DNA of 52,043 bases, filler included, from Streblomastix strix (Eukaryota): assembly GCA_008636045.1 (NCBI GenBank). It is 2 parts of 2 records of this genome, joined end to end, with 100 filler letters (N's around TTAATTAATTAA, not from the genome) between each part and the next. Parts side by side here need not be neighbours in the genome. Positions count along the whole stretch, not along the records: positions 1 to 26,018 come from SNRW01000183.1; positions 26,119 to 52,043 come from SNRW01000184.1. One strand, 5' to 3'. The notes under the pieces were generated by a model. The model was not told where the DNA came from. It searched no databases and worked only from the letters and a program-made list of their open reading frames with translations. Shown one piece after another: positions 15,901 to 29,100 of this stretch. Numbering within the stretch: position 1 is the first letter of the stretch; each line of letters starts with the position of its first letter. A program made the position numbers and the translations under genes.

Positions 15901-18900
15901 TCTTAATCCTCTAAGAATTCGTATTAAAGTGTTTCATCTTCTTCTTCATCATCATCATCCTCTTCCTCTTCTCTAATATTTTTGAAATTTTAATTGCTTT
16001 TTAATTAATTTAGCTTTGATACAGTCATATTTTTCCCCAATTATTCTGATTATTATAAGCTAAAGTTGTTCATAATATCTTTTGCACCAAATTTTTCACC
16101 TTTGATTGCATCATTAATTTGTTCCTAGATAATTTTTTTTCTTCTCCATTTCTTCTTTCTTTTCCCATAAGGTGATTTTATTTCATTTATAATCTTCATT
16201 TTATGTTTATATAACTATTGAATTGAATCTTCCATAGTTTTTTTAACTGATTAGAATATCAATTATTCTTCATCTGCAGAGAATAATCCAGGGAGCATTC
16301 CTGAAGCAGAAATATGTGCAAGAGCTCCCAGACATCCAGAAAAATTATGAGCAAGTTGCTGTTCCCCTAAACAAAAGATGATTGGGCGAACAGTGCTACT
16401 TTATTAAAAAAGTATTGAAATTTGAGCAATTGATGATTGTTCATTTTCAGGAAAACTAGAATCAGCAGATTGAGGTATAGGATTTTTTAACGTTTATTTA
16501 TTTCCAATATATGATGCATTTTAAGATTCTTTTCCTTTTCCTTTCTTTGAATCATTTGTATTTAACTTATTTTTAGGTTGAAATATTTATTGTTAAATTT
16601 GTTTCTCAATTTTCTATTCTTTTCTTAATTACCCTTTTGTATTTTATCTAATCATTTATTCTTTTCCAGATAAAATTCCTTTTAAATCAGAAGTAGCTCC
16701 ATCTAGATACATTGGATGTTAACAGTAAATTAAGCCCGCCCCTGCACATAAAAGAGCTCTTTTTAATTCAAATCTAAATTATGATTCTCCATATGAAAAC
16801 GAAGGAATTGGACTTAAAAATCCCCATCCAAGAACCAATGAAGCGAGTTATGCTAGTGTTTATCTTCCAGAAGCCATTGGTCCAATTAAAATTGCATGTG
16901 AAGACGCAAGAAGAGCTTATGTTAATTTTGATAATGCTCTTGTCAATGATTCATATAATTTAAGTGGAGATGGAATTTAGGGAATAAGTTAAGGAGATGG
17001 TTGTGGTGGTATTTTTTAGTTATATTAAAGTAAAAATTAATACGCTGAAGTTTAAACTTTTTAAATTGGATTTTGTGAACTTTATGGATTATTTTAAGGT
17101 GCTTTTGATTTTGATGATATCTGGATTTGTCGTGTATTAGCTTCTAATGCTAAATTTTATTAAGCAAATTAAACATCAGAAGGAGTTTGATCAAAAAGAT
17201 CTTAATAAGAAAATACTGTTGAAGTTGATTCTGAAGTCAGAACTTTGTTTTATGAAATAATTTGTAAAGTATTTATTAAATAATCAAATGAATCTTAAAA
17301 TGCGCTCATGTGTTTAACTCCTTTAACTCTCTGAAGTGCTGTTGGCATTACAAAAATCTCAGAAATCGGTTTAATAATTGTGCTTTATACCAATTAACTT
17401 TTATTGCTTGATTATTTTTGATTAATTGTTATTAAAGTAAGTGAAGGACTAATAGAAAACATAACTTTATCAAAATTATTCCATGAAAATTTATCCCCTA
17501 ATCCTAATACATTTAAGAGAGAGCTTCCTTCAATATCTAAATTTTAAATAAAGGAAATTGTATCTCTGCATTAAATTTTTCCAAACGATTCTAATATAAT
17601 TGGCTTTATCTAGCCAATATTAAATTAAGCGGATTATGAATGATCTATATCATCATCTTCGCCTGCTCTTGACATCAATTCTCCACTTTTTCCATCACTA
17701 TTTTCAGAGTCATTTTGATCAGCTTTGATCCATATTGAAACTTCTGCAGCAACTTATTAATTTTAAAATTTAGCCATAATAACTTCACTCAACAATTATA
17801 CAAATTATTTTCTTTATGCAAATGTTGTTAGTTGATCTCCACAAATTCTTATGCATTCATGAGCCCAAAGTCTCAATGCATCTGAAGAAGGATTATCCTT
17901 TTACGAATCAACAAAATAAAAATAAGGCATCTCAAAATCGAGAAGTTATTATTCTTATTATTCAATGCTTGGATTATCTTTCTTATCTACTTTTTATGAT
18001 GCATTTAATAATAATTTATTTTATTATTCCAGAATATTTATTTATTAATTTTATTATTATTATTTATCTTATTAGATTCTTTCTTAACCTTTTGGTGGAA
18101 TTAATTTTATTTAATGGTGAATATCTTTGGAATGTAGTACTCCTTAATTCGCATTAATAAATATTCCCAACCCACTTGAAACAAAATCAATTTAACCACC
18201 TAAATTCGAAATTTTATTGATGAAAGGTTAAGCTTATTAAATATATTAAATCATTGGATTTTCAAATACTGAAGGAACAAAATATATTGGATTTCCTCTT
18301 TTATTTGATAATAATATCTCATCATCTCCAAAAAAATCTTTTCTTCCAATAAATGGAATGATTTAATCATCTTTTTAATTAGATTAAATTTAATTAGAGA
18401 TATTAATTATCTATTAATCTTATTTTTATTCTTGCTATTATTAATTAAACTAGCTAGATCCAGATTATTATTGAATAATTGCAGGAATTTATGAATTAAT
18501 ACCATCCTTTTTCCCATCATTCTCGTTTCCTTATGAATAAATTTATGCTGAAGACAATAAATCAAGAGGTTTGGTTGAAGGAAATCCAACACTATTAGAT
18601 TATGAAATTGGAAAGGCGAGCATTAATCCTTTAAATATTCTAATTACATCATGAATATTAAATTAAAGATGAAGTGGAATAGAAGATCGTGGAAAGAGCT
18701 ATGTTGTCAATTATGACATGAACAATAAAGTAGCTTCAACAAGTTATTATATTATTAAAGGAATAGACTCAACATCAGTATAAGATCTTACACTTCCATT
18801 TTCAACAAGTGTTTGTATGAGAGTTGGAGCAATCATTGCAGCTATTTCTATTTGACCCGGAGCATCAAAATGGAATGAAACGAAATGTCGAGCTGTTCTG

Positions 18901-21900
18901 CGATCCATATTATGTGGACCAGATCCTGAACTGTTCCTTGTTATTCCTCCACGTTATAGATACCTTTATGGTCCTTCATCCAGTAATCGTTTCCATACAA
19001 CATATGTTGGAGATTCTAATAAACCCATGTTTTTATTATAATTAACAACATTTATCATTAAATATTCAAGCATTTTATCATATGCTTTTTTTATAAATTT
19101 GTTATAATCAATGTTTTTTCCTCCTTATAAAGCAAAATTTTATTATTCACCTAATTTCTATGTTAATAATGATTCTTTCTTTGATATTCTTTCATCTTCT
19201 TCCTTTTATTGATCATTAATGCCACCTTACTCAACAGCAAAGAATCCATCTGATGTACTCATTCCCAAAATTGCTATTCCTTCAACAGTTCTCCAAGATT
19301 TTGTTGGTACTTCATAGAAAGAACTTGTTTCCATAATATTTCTTAACCACTCGCTGAAACTTGGTTCGGGAGTAAAAGTCATTTGCGCAGAAGATGATGA
19401 AGAAGAAGATATATATTCACGATCAATTTAGGATTATATTGACGGAATGCAATCAATATTATCAATTCCAACAGGCATTGATCCGAGATTAGCTCTAGTA
19501 AGTGGTGGACATAAAACAGATGAAGAAGATGTAAATGATGTATTTTCAATTTCATATAGTCTTTGGAATGAATTTTCACTTTTTTATTCACCAGCAATTA
19601 TAATCATACCAAGATCTCCTAAACTGCCATTGGTATTATTTCCAGTTTTTATAGAATTCTTTTTTGAAACAATTCCTAAATCTTTTCCTCTCTAAGAAGA
19701 CATTGCAGGTGTTGATGATAAGGATGATAAAAGTTGAGACATAAATCCACAGGTTCCATAAACAGATGGACCAATTTGAGGCTAATCATATGCTGATAAA
19801 CAATATGATCCCGAATTTGAATTAATTTTGCGTGGTATATATATAAATGGAGATGTGAAATCACTTGGTATACTTATTGTGGGAAGAGATAGTATACGTT
19901 GTTAAATGGTAGGTTTCAGAGTGAATGGACCCTTTTTTATCATTTTTTCATCTTAATTTAATTCATTCTGCCTCCTTTTTGATACTTTAGATGATATTTG
20001 ACCCATCATTCCTGTTCCATTTGTACGAGATACAGAATGCATCGAAGAATTTTAAGAATAAGATGTATGCTATGATTATTAGGGTCTGTGCATACCAAGT
20101 CCAACTACATATCCAGAAATCATAGAACCAGAACCTGAGCTTGCTGATCCACTACCACCTGGTCCTACAGACCCAATCAATGTTCCTTGTGAATCCCCAT
20201 TTCCATTTCTTGATGATCCAATTCCAATTCCACGATTACTTATTCCAATCGGCTTCTTTTTCAATATTCCCCATTCTCCTCGTGCCCATCGAGATAATAA
20301 AACTTTAAGTGCAGTGGTCTTTCCTGAAGGAGGAGAATCAATTAATACATGAAACCCAGCATCTAAAATAGGGGAGACAATTCTTTAAAGTGTGAATGTT
20401 AGAGGTGTTGGTGATGCAAATTCTGTTCGAGAAGATTATTCAAATTATTATGTCGTAAGTAAGTGCTAGTCATCTCCCCAAACCTAATTATTTATATTGA
20501 ATATATCCCTAAATTCATAAATAACATCTGTCATAAAAGACAATTGAAGTCTTTCCATATGAATAAGCTATTTCTATTACATAACTATCATCAACTATTA
20601 GGATTCATTTTCATTTCTATTTGACTTTTCCTCAATGTTTCCTTTTTCAATTTCATTTTAATATTCTTATCCATTAAATTAAATTTATTTAATAAGTATT
20701 TATTTTCCTTTTCTAGCTTCATTAAGTCTTATCTAAAGTAATGCTGGATTGAGTAAAATTCCAGTATTCAAATTGGGTTTAATTTTTGACTTTTGTTAAA
20801 TGGTTGTTGTTGTTTCTTATATTTGAGGAGCATTTGAATCATTTATTAAGTCATTCTATATCGACGATGAACTTGAACTTGATTACAGTGGAGTCAATTA
20901 CATTTTTACTTAATCAGTATTTTAAATTTTTTAATCACCAGTTTAAATATCAATCAAACTTGGTATTATAATTCGATTGATTGGAGTTGATGGTAATAAT
21001 CAAATTGGTACACTGGGACCAGCCAGAAGAATATTCAAATCTCTTGCTTATTTTTCTTCTTTTGAAAGAATATTACTTCCTTCAATTGAATCTCCTTACA
21101 TGCTCATTAATAATATACTTTTATTATTTTATATGACTTATTGCGGTATTTCTTAAGTATTTGCTTATATATTTTAAGGTATTTATATATTTTAATTATC
21201 CAATAATTCTAAGTTCATCTCCAATTATTTCTTTAATATTTGAACTTCAGAATGAAATTCTGGATCCAATTAAACTCTTTTTGGAGAAATATATTACGTA
21301 AAGAGATTAATACCTTATGGAATTTTAACAGAAGAACATGAATCCATAATATCAATAACAAGTTATGAAAAAGCATCTCTACATTCTTATCCAACTAATG
21401 AACCTCCCAATGCCCATGTTATACACTAAATGAAGTATGAATCAACAAAACGACAGATTCTATGAATAACAGATTATTTTCGATAATCCATATTAACCCA
21501 AGTTTATATTTCTGGCGAGATTTCATTTTCAAATGGAAGATTTAAAAGAGGTGTAAATGGAGCAACAAGCAACGTTGTATATGACGGAGGACCAAATATT
21601 AAGGTTTCTTTAGAGCTGTTTTAATGATATATACTATTTTCAAATGTTGAATTTGTTTAAGAATTTTTATTTAAGTCCTCAAATTATGTTTAAAAATTTT
21701 TTAAACTTATATTGCGTTAAATTCCTGTGTTTATATTAGATTGTAAATTCGTCTATTGTATTTAATTTTGTAATTTCTCTTCAATTGCAATTCCAACTCC
21801 ACTAGATTTAAATACAATTGAAGGATTAATTGATGCAATTTATGATGGAAGTCTAAACGGTTCTCTATCTTCAGGAAGTTTGATTGGCAAAGGAACAAAT

Positions 21901-24900
21901 CCACCCCCACCCCTCATTCCTCCTTTCTCATAATATGCAGTTAACATCTTACATAGAGAAGCAACCATATTGAGTTCGCCAATGAAATGAGAATGACGAG
22001 CTTAAGGAAGTCCAACAAGTGAGGGTTTTTTTGGTTTCTTCATATCCCATGGTCTTTTCTTAAAATCTAACTATTAAACAAAACTATAATCAGATCCAAA
22101 CTATCCTCCCTTTAGCTATTATTTTTAATTTGAATTGAACTCTATATTTTATGATTAAAATCCTTATTTGTCTTTCTCATATGTACCTAACGTACTTAAT
22201 CTTCTTTTTAAAGTACCACCAATAAAAGATTTTTACTTTTATAAGAGATATTTTGAATCAAGTGTGCCTAATTAATATTGTAATTAAGGGTTATAATAAT
22301 ATAAAAATGAATTAAATAAAAAATATTTCAAAAATAATTTTTAATTTCTAATATGTATAATAATTTACAAACTTTGTGAATCAGCGCTATCTGCGTGTTT
22401 GTTGGACCCTGATTAGTCTCCCTTTTAACCCAGTGGCAATTATTTAAATTATATGTTCGACTAATAATGCATTCTACCACTCAAATATGACAATAGTATT
22501 GGAAGAGCTCTCTCCATCAACTTTAGAATTCTTAATCTAATCCAGAGTGATACTCTCTCTTCATCTGTAAATTAGATATATTCGTTTGGTTCACCAAAAT
22601 GCTAACAAATAATTTTTGTCCAATATGACTTTGACATTGTAAGAGGAGTAATTGTCGGAATTTTTCTTGGATTTAGTTTAATTATACTTGAAAGACCAAA
22701 TTACGATTATGCTTATGTTATATTGAAATTTGACTATTATAATTATAAATATAATAATAATAAATAAAAATATATATAAGAATATTTTTCAAAACACCTA
22801 TACTAGTTAATTTTTTCTTTCTTCCTTATTTTCACTATTAAACTATCTACTTTTAAATTTTAATCCAATCGATTCTTCTTCATTATCATTATTCAAAACA
22901 TTAGTTGGAGGATCAAAAAAGAATGACGTTTCATCGTTATCAAACCCAAGTAGATCTTAGTATCCTTTTTTTCTTTTGATATCTGATCTTTTAACTTTCT
23001 TTTTCTTTTTCTTCTTTTTCTTCAAATTTTTTTGTTCAAAGGTATCAATATCTTTCAGTATAATATCCTCTCTATCATGCAATTTATCAAATTGATTTAA
23101 TTCTTCGTCATAACTTAATTTATTACTTAAAATTTTCTTTTTTCTTATTGATTATTTTAAATTCTTTGATTTTGAAGATTATTCTTCCATTTTTTTCTTT
23201 TTTTTCTCAATTTCAGCTTCTTAACTTGCTTTTCTAAGTTCAGCTTATTTCTCCTTTCTTTCTTTCTCCTCTCGAATCTGTTTATCTTGTTTCTTTTTCT
23301 TCTCTTCAACTTCACTAATATAATCAGCAAGATCGCATGGAAGAAGTGGAGGTTTCACTCTTTCATCTTCTCCATCTATTAATCCAAGCCAAGCTCTAAT
23401 ATATGATCTCCATTCAACACAAGCTCTATCTATTTCTCCAGATGATGGACCCATTGTAATTAGCATCTCATTCGGATGTCCCATCATTCTATCATCAATA
23501 TTCGTTCTTCTTTATCTTGCATATATATCCATTTATGCTTTTTACTTATCTGACAGTGCATCATCATTTACATTACTAGTTCCAGACAATGCAGAAAATA
23601 AAGATATTTTCCCTTCAACATTAATATTTGAATTTTAATTACCCTAACCAGCATCATCTAAGTACATATTATTTACTTCTCCCCCTTAATTCAAATTAAA
23701 TGGAACAAAATCTTTTTATAATTGTGAACCAGATGCTAAACCAATTCCCCCAGAAATTTTATCTGGAAATAAAAATGGATTCACATTATTTAAATTTTGA
23801 AGATCAATAATAAGTCCAGCATCATTTACTGGTGCCACATTTTGTGTAATTTGTAAATTATTTTAAATATTCGTTTCTTCTTCATTTGAAGATTTAGTAA
23901 TTGATTGAATTGTATTTTATTGTAAGATTTAATTATCTAATTTTTAATTATTTAATGGTTTTAAAATAGATTATATCTAATTTTATTGTATAATTTACTT
24001 ATTAGATGTATTATTCATTTCCTATTGTTATGAATTCTATTAAATGTTTATATCTGCTTAAATCGGTTACGCTCTTGAAAGCGAGGCACCTTGTCCTAGT
24101 TATTATGAAAACGAAGTCAAAACTTATTCAGGTTCATCAATTTTTTTTACTTACTCCTTTATATCTTAAATTTATTCATTAATTTTTTCAATATTTTCAT
24201 CTTCTTTGAGTTTTTGTTATTAATTTAGTAATAATTTGTTTGTTTATGTAAGTTGCTCGTCTTTTGCAGCTTAAGCAAAGCCAGATAAAGTTGAAATACT
24301 TTTCCTTTCTTCTCCATTCGGTACATATATTACTCCACATCTTGATATAAGTGATGGGGAAACACCCTTCAATGAGTCTGTTTCAAATATTAGTGCTACA
24401 CCTTCAGGAAGATTTATTTTTTAGGTTGATGAAACATTGAATGAACCTTATTTTCCACTTTATGATATTGATATAGAATGATGTTTTGAATTTGCTGTTA
24501 ATGAATTATCTAATGAAGAAAATATTCTTTCAGCCCAACTGTCATTTAGCGGAGAATCAAATATAATCCAATGAGAAGGAGGGGCAATAGGTGGATTTGG
24601 TGCCATTGTTGTACTCTTTGATGTAGAACGCACTTTTGGCATATTTCCAATTCTAGATCGGAATTGTGCAACTTATGCATTGATTTCTGTAGAAACTAAG
24701 TTTGATTATTAAAATGATAATTGGTTTATTGATTGTTATTAGATCTAAGTTTAACCTTAATGTGTTATTGACGAAAGCCTAGGTGTTTATTATGCACTTT
24801 TCTTCATAACCTCTGTGAAGTCATATGGAGTAATAGATTAATCCATATTTAAATCTTATTTTGTTACTTAATTCATAAAGAATTTAACAATCCCTGCTGC

Positions 24901-25878
24901 TTTTGATTTTGATTGATTTAAAGTCGTTTCGAATTCCAATCTGTACAGCTCTCTTTTAATCATAAAATTTTTTTACTCATTTTCAATCTATTATAAAATT
25001 CGAGGGAAAATGCCCATTTTCCAGCTATTTAAATAAAATTAAAAAAGAAAAATAAATTAAATTAATATAAAAATAATTTATCCATATTTAATATTAAATA
25101 ATTAAAATATTTATACCCGCTTCCTCTTGCTTCAGAATTACCTTAATCACTTTAAGTTCATCCATTACCACTGTTCCCACTAATTATTTATTCTTTTCCT
25201 TTTTCTGATGCAATTTTGCCAGATCCTGATCTAACTTCGATATTTCCCTCTTTATTTCCGATTGCACTTAATTATTACATATTTGATGATAAATCTGTTT
25301 TTCTCTTGTCTTCTCTTTCCGCAATTTATCCAAATAATTATTCTTCTCCGAGAGCATATGGATTAAGAATATGGAGAACAACCCTACGCCCGACTTCTGC
25401 TCTAGGGACATTAAATGAAAGTAAATTAGTTAATAAAGAATTATTTACATTATAAGTAAATCCAACGCCGTCTTCTTTAATATGAACAAATACATTTTAC
25501 CATTAGCTTATTAAAGGATTGCCATCCATATCTTCATCTTGGTTATTATCCATCGAATCATTAAATGTAATATTTGAATAGCCATCTTGTATATTAATTT
25601 TCAAATATTTAACTGAATCACTATTCATATTTTATTTTGATTCAATTTCTTTCTATTATTTATTATCGATTTCTCTTTCTCTTTCATCCAATCTCTTGAA
25701 TTATGGAATAACAACTTAATTATCCATCTTTATTGGAATACTCAGACATTGAGCAAGCGATTTAATTATACTGCTCTTCCCAGATCCTGCAGCTCCTAAT
25801 ACAATTGCAGCAGGACGTTCTCGAAGGACCGAAAAAAGTGATGATGCGCATTCTAATTGACGTGTTACTGCAGATCCC
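942..25878 (-). CDS. Dynein heavy chain (axonemal type), AAA2 to C-terminus, 5'-truncated at the gap; proposed exons 25878-25117, 25024-22798, 22733-22373, 22267-942
   Basis: With TAR=Gln the minus strand gives ordered dynein motifs. AAA2: GAAGSGKS, LNPYALGEEQLFG, WIIFDSPLNDSWAE, FETDSLKGVSPSLISRCGVIY. AAA3: DSPPSGKT, RTARHF, FNIHDVIRIFKGL. AAA4: GPMASGRQTL, RVRRNLHIVLC. Stalk: ALPPLREAELAVSRLEQKDIEEIRSYIRPPDGVVIVMDAVC. AAA5: WVGKGLLPDRHSIESALI...PFIIDPVGNATHWLR. AAA6: LGLAWMHATL. C-terminus: LSGLWLRGAIWD and NYVIDIVLPTAEHPEFLISQGVSVAMNNV-TGA (942-944). Confidence 0.95.
13686..14540 (-). other. Dynein stalk coiled coil plus microtubule-binding domain
   Basis: GLAKV...ALPPLREA...DIEEIRSYIRPP...GGWTNAKALLG...VSLAAASLCTWTKAI...LEEERKKW. 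Confidence 0.9.
16860..16883 (-). other. Dynein AAA4 Walker A (GPMASGRQ)
   Basis: HAILIGPMASGRQTLA resembles the axonemal consensus ALLVGVGGSGRQSL. Confidence 0.85.
20316..20339 (-). other. Dynein AAA3 Walker A, degenerate (DSPPSGKT)
   Basis: Context PTPLTFTLQRIVSPILDAGFHVLIDSPPSGKTT matches AAA3; the first Gly is replaced by Asp. Confidence 0.85.
22734..22797 (-). other. Spliceosomal intron (64 nt, GT-AG) in dynein
   Basis: AT-rich, GTGTTT...TAG on the minus strand; removal reconciles the reading-frame change. Confidence 0.8.
25025..25116 (-). other. Spliceosomal intron (92 nt, GT-AG) in dynein
   Basis: GTATAA...TAG; splicing gives RGSGWKMGIFPRIL, the equivalent of AAA2 EWxDGIL. Confidence 0.85.
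25773..25796 (-). other. Dynein AAA2 Walker A (GAAGSGKS)
   Basis: Direct translation; canonical GxxxxGK[S/T]. Confidence 0.9.
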
Positions 25879-25893
25879 CTATTAATAAAATGT

Positions 25894-26018
<125 letters not shown>

Positions 26019-26118
26019 NNNNNNNNNNNNNNNNNNNNNNNNNNNNNNNNNNNNNNNNNNNNTTAATTAATTAANNNNNNNNNNNNNNNNNNNNNNNNNN
26101 NNNNNNNNNNNNNNNNNN
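26019..26118. other. Artificial contig-joining spacer: 44 N + TTAATTAATTAA + 44 N
   Basis: Symmetric N runs around a palindromic six-frame-stop linker totalling exactly 100 nt; the genes on both sides are truncated at it. Confidence 0.95.
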
Positions 26119-29100
26119 ATATTTGGATTTGAATATAATGACAATGAAGATGTTGGATTTGATATTGTTGTTGATGAAGATGAATATGATGGAATTGAAT
26201 AGTTAAGTATATCAACATATCCAGAATATGGATCATAATATCTGCTTCTTAATCCTTAATTTCTTTCAAATTGATCACTCTTATCAATTCCAGATCTTTT
26301 CTTCTTTAATATAATTTATAGTTGTTACTCATCCTATAATTATTTATCTTCAGATTGTTTTCTTTTATTTGTATTAATTAAATTATTAACTCTTCCTTTT
26401 TCTAATACAATTAAATCAAATTCAGAAATGAATGAAGAAAAACCAGTTATTTATTCTTCTTCTTCATAACTGTAGTTAAAAGTATAATTGTTGTATTATT
26501 ACTATTATACTTAATTGTTACCATTATTGATATTACTATTTTCATATATCAAATATTTCTCAATCATTTCTTTTAATGTATTTGCACATTGATTGGATAT
26601 AATTGCAGCTTTTAATGGATTTAAATAGGAAGTAAAAGTGCCCAGTGAAAGAACTGAAGAAGAAATAACACTCATTAAAACAGCATAAGGAAAAATCAAA
26701 GTCTAATTGAATATAAGAAGAGAAAGAGGATAGAAAGGTCTTTATTCAGTTGAAGATGAGAAGTGGGAAAGAGAAGAAAAAGAGAAGGAAGAACATCTGA
26801 GGATCCAGAATGAAGCTAAATTGAAATTGAAGCAACTTTTGATTATTCAGAAGCAGAGAAGGGTTTGGACAAGAGTGAAGATTGTGAGAATAATTTTGGC
26901 CCTTCGTTCGCTTATTGTTGTTGCATAGAACTGCCCATCAACACAAAATGCGAATTCAATTGGATCAATTGGAGCACAATTAGTTCCATACAGTTCATCA
27001 TCTTCTTAATAATCATCTTATTCATCTTCATCTCCTTCTTTATCTTCATTCACACTTTCATCACTTACTCTTTCATAATCTATTTCTTCTTTCTCTCCAG
27101 TTCTGAGATTCATTCTTCCTCTGATAATAAAATGCATCACTATTCCATATTTCTACTTCGATTCTTCATTCCTATTAAAAGTGATTGTGAATAAAGTAAT
27201 AGAACCATAATCTCTGGTTCCGCATCTATCTAAACTGCTCCCAAGAGTAATTGAGCAGATTATTGTATATGAGAATTAGACAGAAAATGAAAATGTGAAT
27301 GTTAATATAAACACTAAAGATGAAAGAAGAGTTGGAAAGAGTGGTTTTTAACAGTAGAAACAAAATACATAAATAAAAATTAATAAGTAAATATTTGAAT
27401 TTGATGATACAGAATATAATGATTTAGAATATGAAGTTAATGATGATGAAGAAGAGAAAAGCAAATAATAACAACTGAAACAGAAAGAAGAAAAAGAAAA
27501 GTTAAGTAATTAATTGTTAGAACAATAAAATAATGAATTAAAAGGAGATGGGAATGAAGTAATTAATTAGGAATAATAAGATCTAAAAGATTAGGAGGAA
27601 GAAGAAGAGAAAGAAAAACAAAGGAAGAAGAGAGAACCATTATAATTATTAATAATGAGAATATTTCTGGCTTTGGAGGATAAGAGAAATTAAAATGTGC
27701 AGTAATTTGGTTCATCATCTTCTTATGGTATGAAATGGGAAAGATGAAACATTTAATAAATTTTTTTAATTCCTTTCTTTATTAATAAAAAATTTTCTTT
27801 TATTTCAGATTCTTAAATTCATTAAACTAAATTTATTACTCTGTCACCTGCTGCTTTCAATCTTTTATTCCCCGTGATTAAATTCTTACTTGAAAAGAAA
27901 AGGTAATATTATTTACATAATCAAATAATAACAATATTTGATAAATATTAATTTTTATGTATAATTTATTATTTTATATTAATCATTTATTACTCATTGC
28001 CTATAGTTAAACTCCTTCTCAATTCCTTCCATTGCAACTTCCAGCATTCTAAATTCTTAGACAACATTGTTCATTGCCACCTTCTTCATTATTACCCAGA
28101 GCAGAGATGCTTAATTTATTATTGCAGTTAATACCATATGCTGATGTGAGTAAAATGAATAATGATAATGAGTATGATGATGAAGGTAATAGCTATAATG
28201 AAAGAGAAGGATAATTAAGCTTGGATATGAAGCAGGATGGGTATTTATAGTAGATTAATAATTCATTCATTAATTCATAAGGAAAACCTTTCATATTTTC
28301 AATGCCAACATAAGAACAGATTTAAAAGAAGAAAGAAAAAGAAAAGAAAAAGAAACATTCTGAATTGGGAGAAGAAGATGGATAAAATAAAAATAATACT
28401 CCACTCACTTCTCAATAACAACTCCTCCAATAAACATAATAAACAAATGATTAATATAGAATATGGAAAGAGTTTGAAATATCTCAGATCCTTGATTGTG
28501 CATCAACTCTTGTTTAGTCATCTCAGAAATATTCTGATATTGAACCAATTCTGTTCCATCATATTGTATCTAAACATGCGATTGTGCGGTATATATAATA
28601 TTTAAATATTTTATTCATTTAATAATATATTTGTTATATTTTAAACTCATTTTTTTATCCCAATTATTTATAATTAGAGCATCATCATTATTAGTATTAT
28701 AATATGCACTAAACCCAATTCTTTCAACTGATGAGTATAACAATGGGAATGATATAATGTCTTTACTACTTGATTACATATCTGAGTCTGAAGGTGCGAA
28801 GAAATAATTGAAAGAAAAAGATAAACAGAAACAGAAAGAAAAAGAGAAGTTAAAAGAGAAGGAAAAATAATAAGAAAAGGAAATTAAAGCAGAGACACAA
28901 ATTGTCAAATAAAATAATATAGGATGGCAGTTCTGGGGTAATCCTCAATCAAATGGAGCTGTGCCAGGTCAAGAATCTAAGAATGTTGTTGAACATTTGA
29001 ATAAAATATAGAAAATTATGAATTAGAAAATAAATAACAACAATAATAAACTTTTATTAGTGTATCATGTATAGCTAATATCAATGTTATGGTTTGCAAG

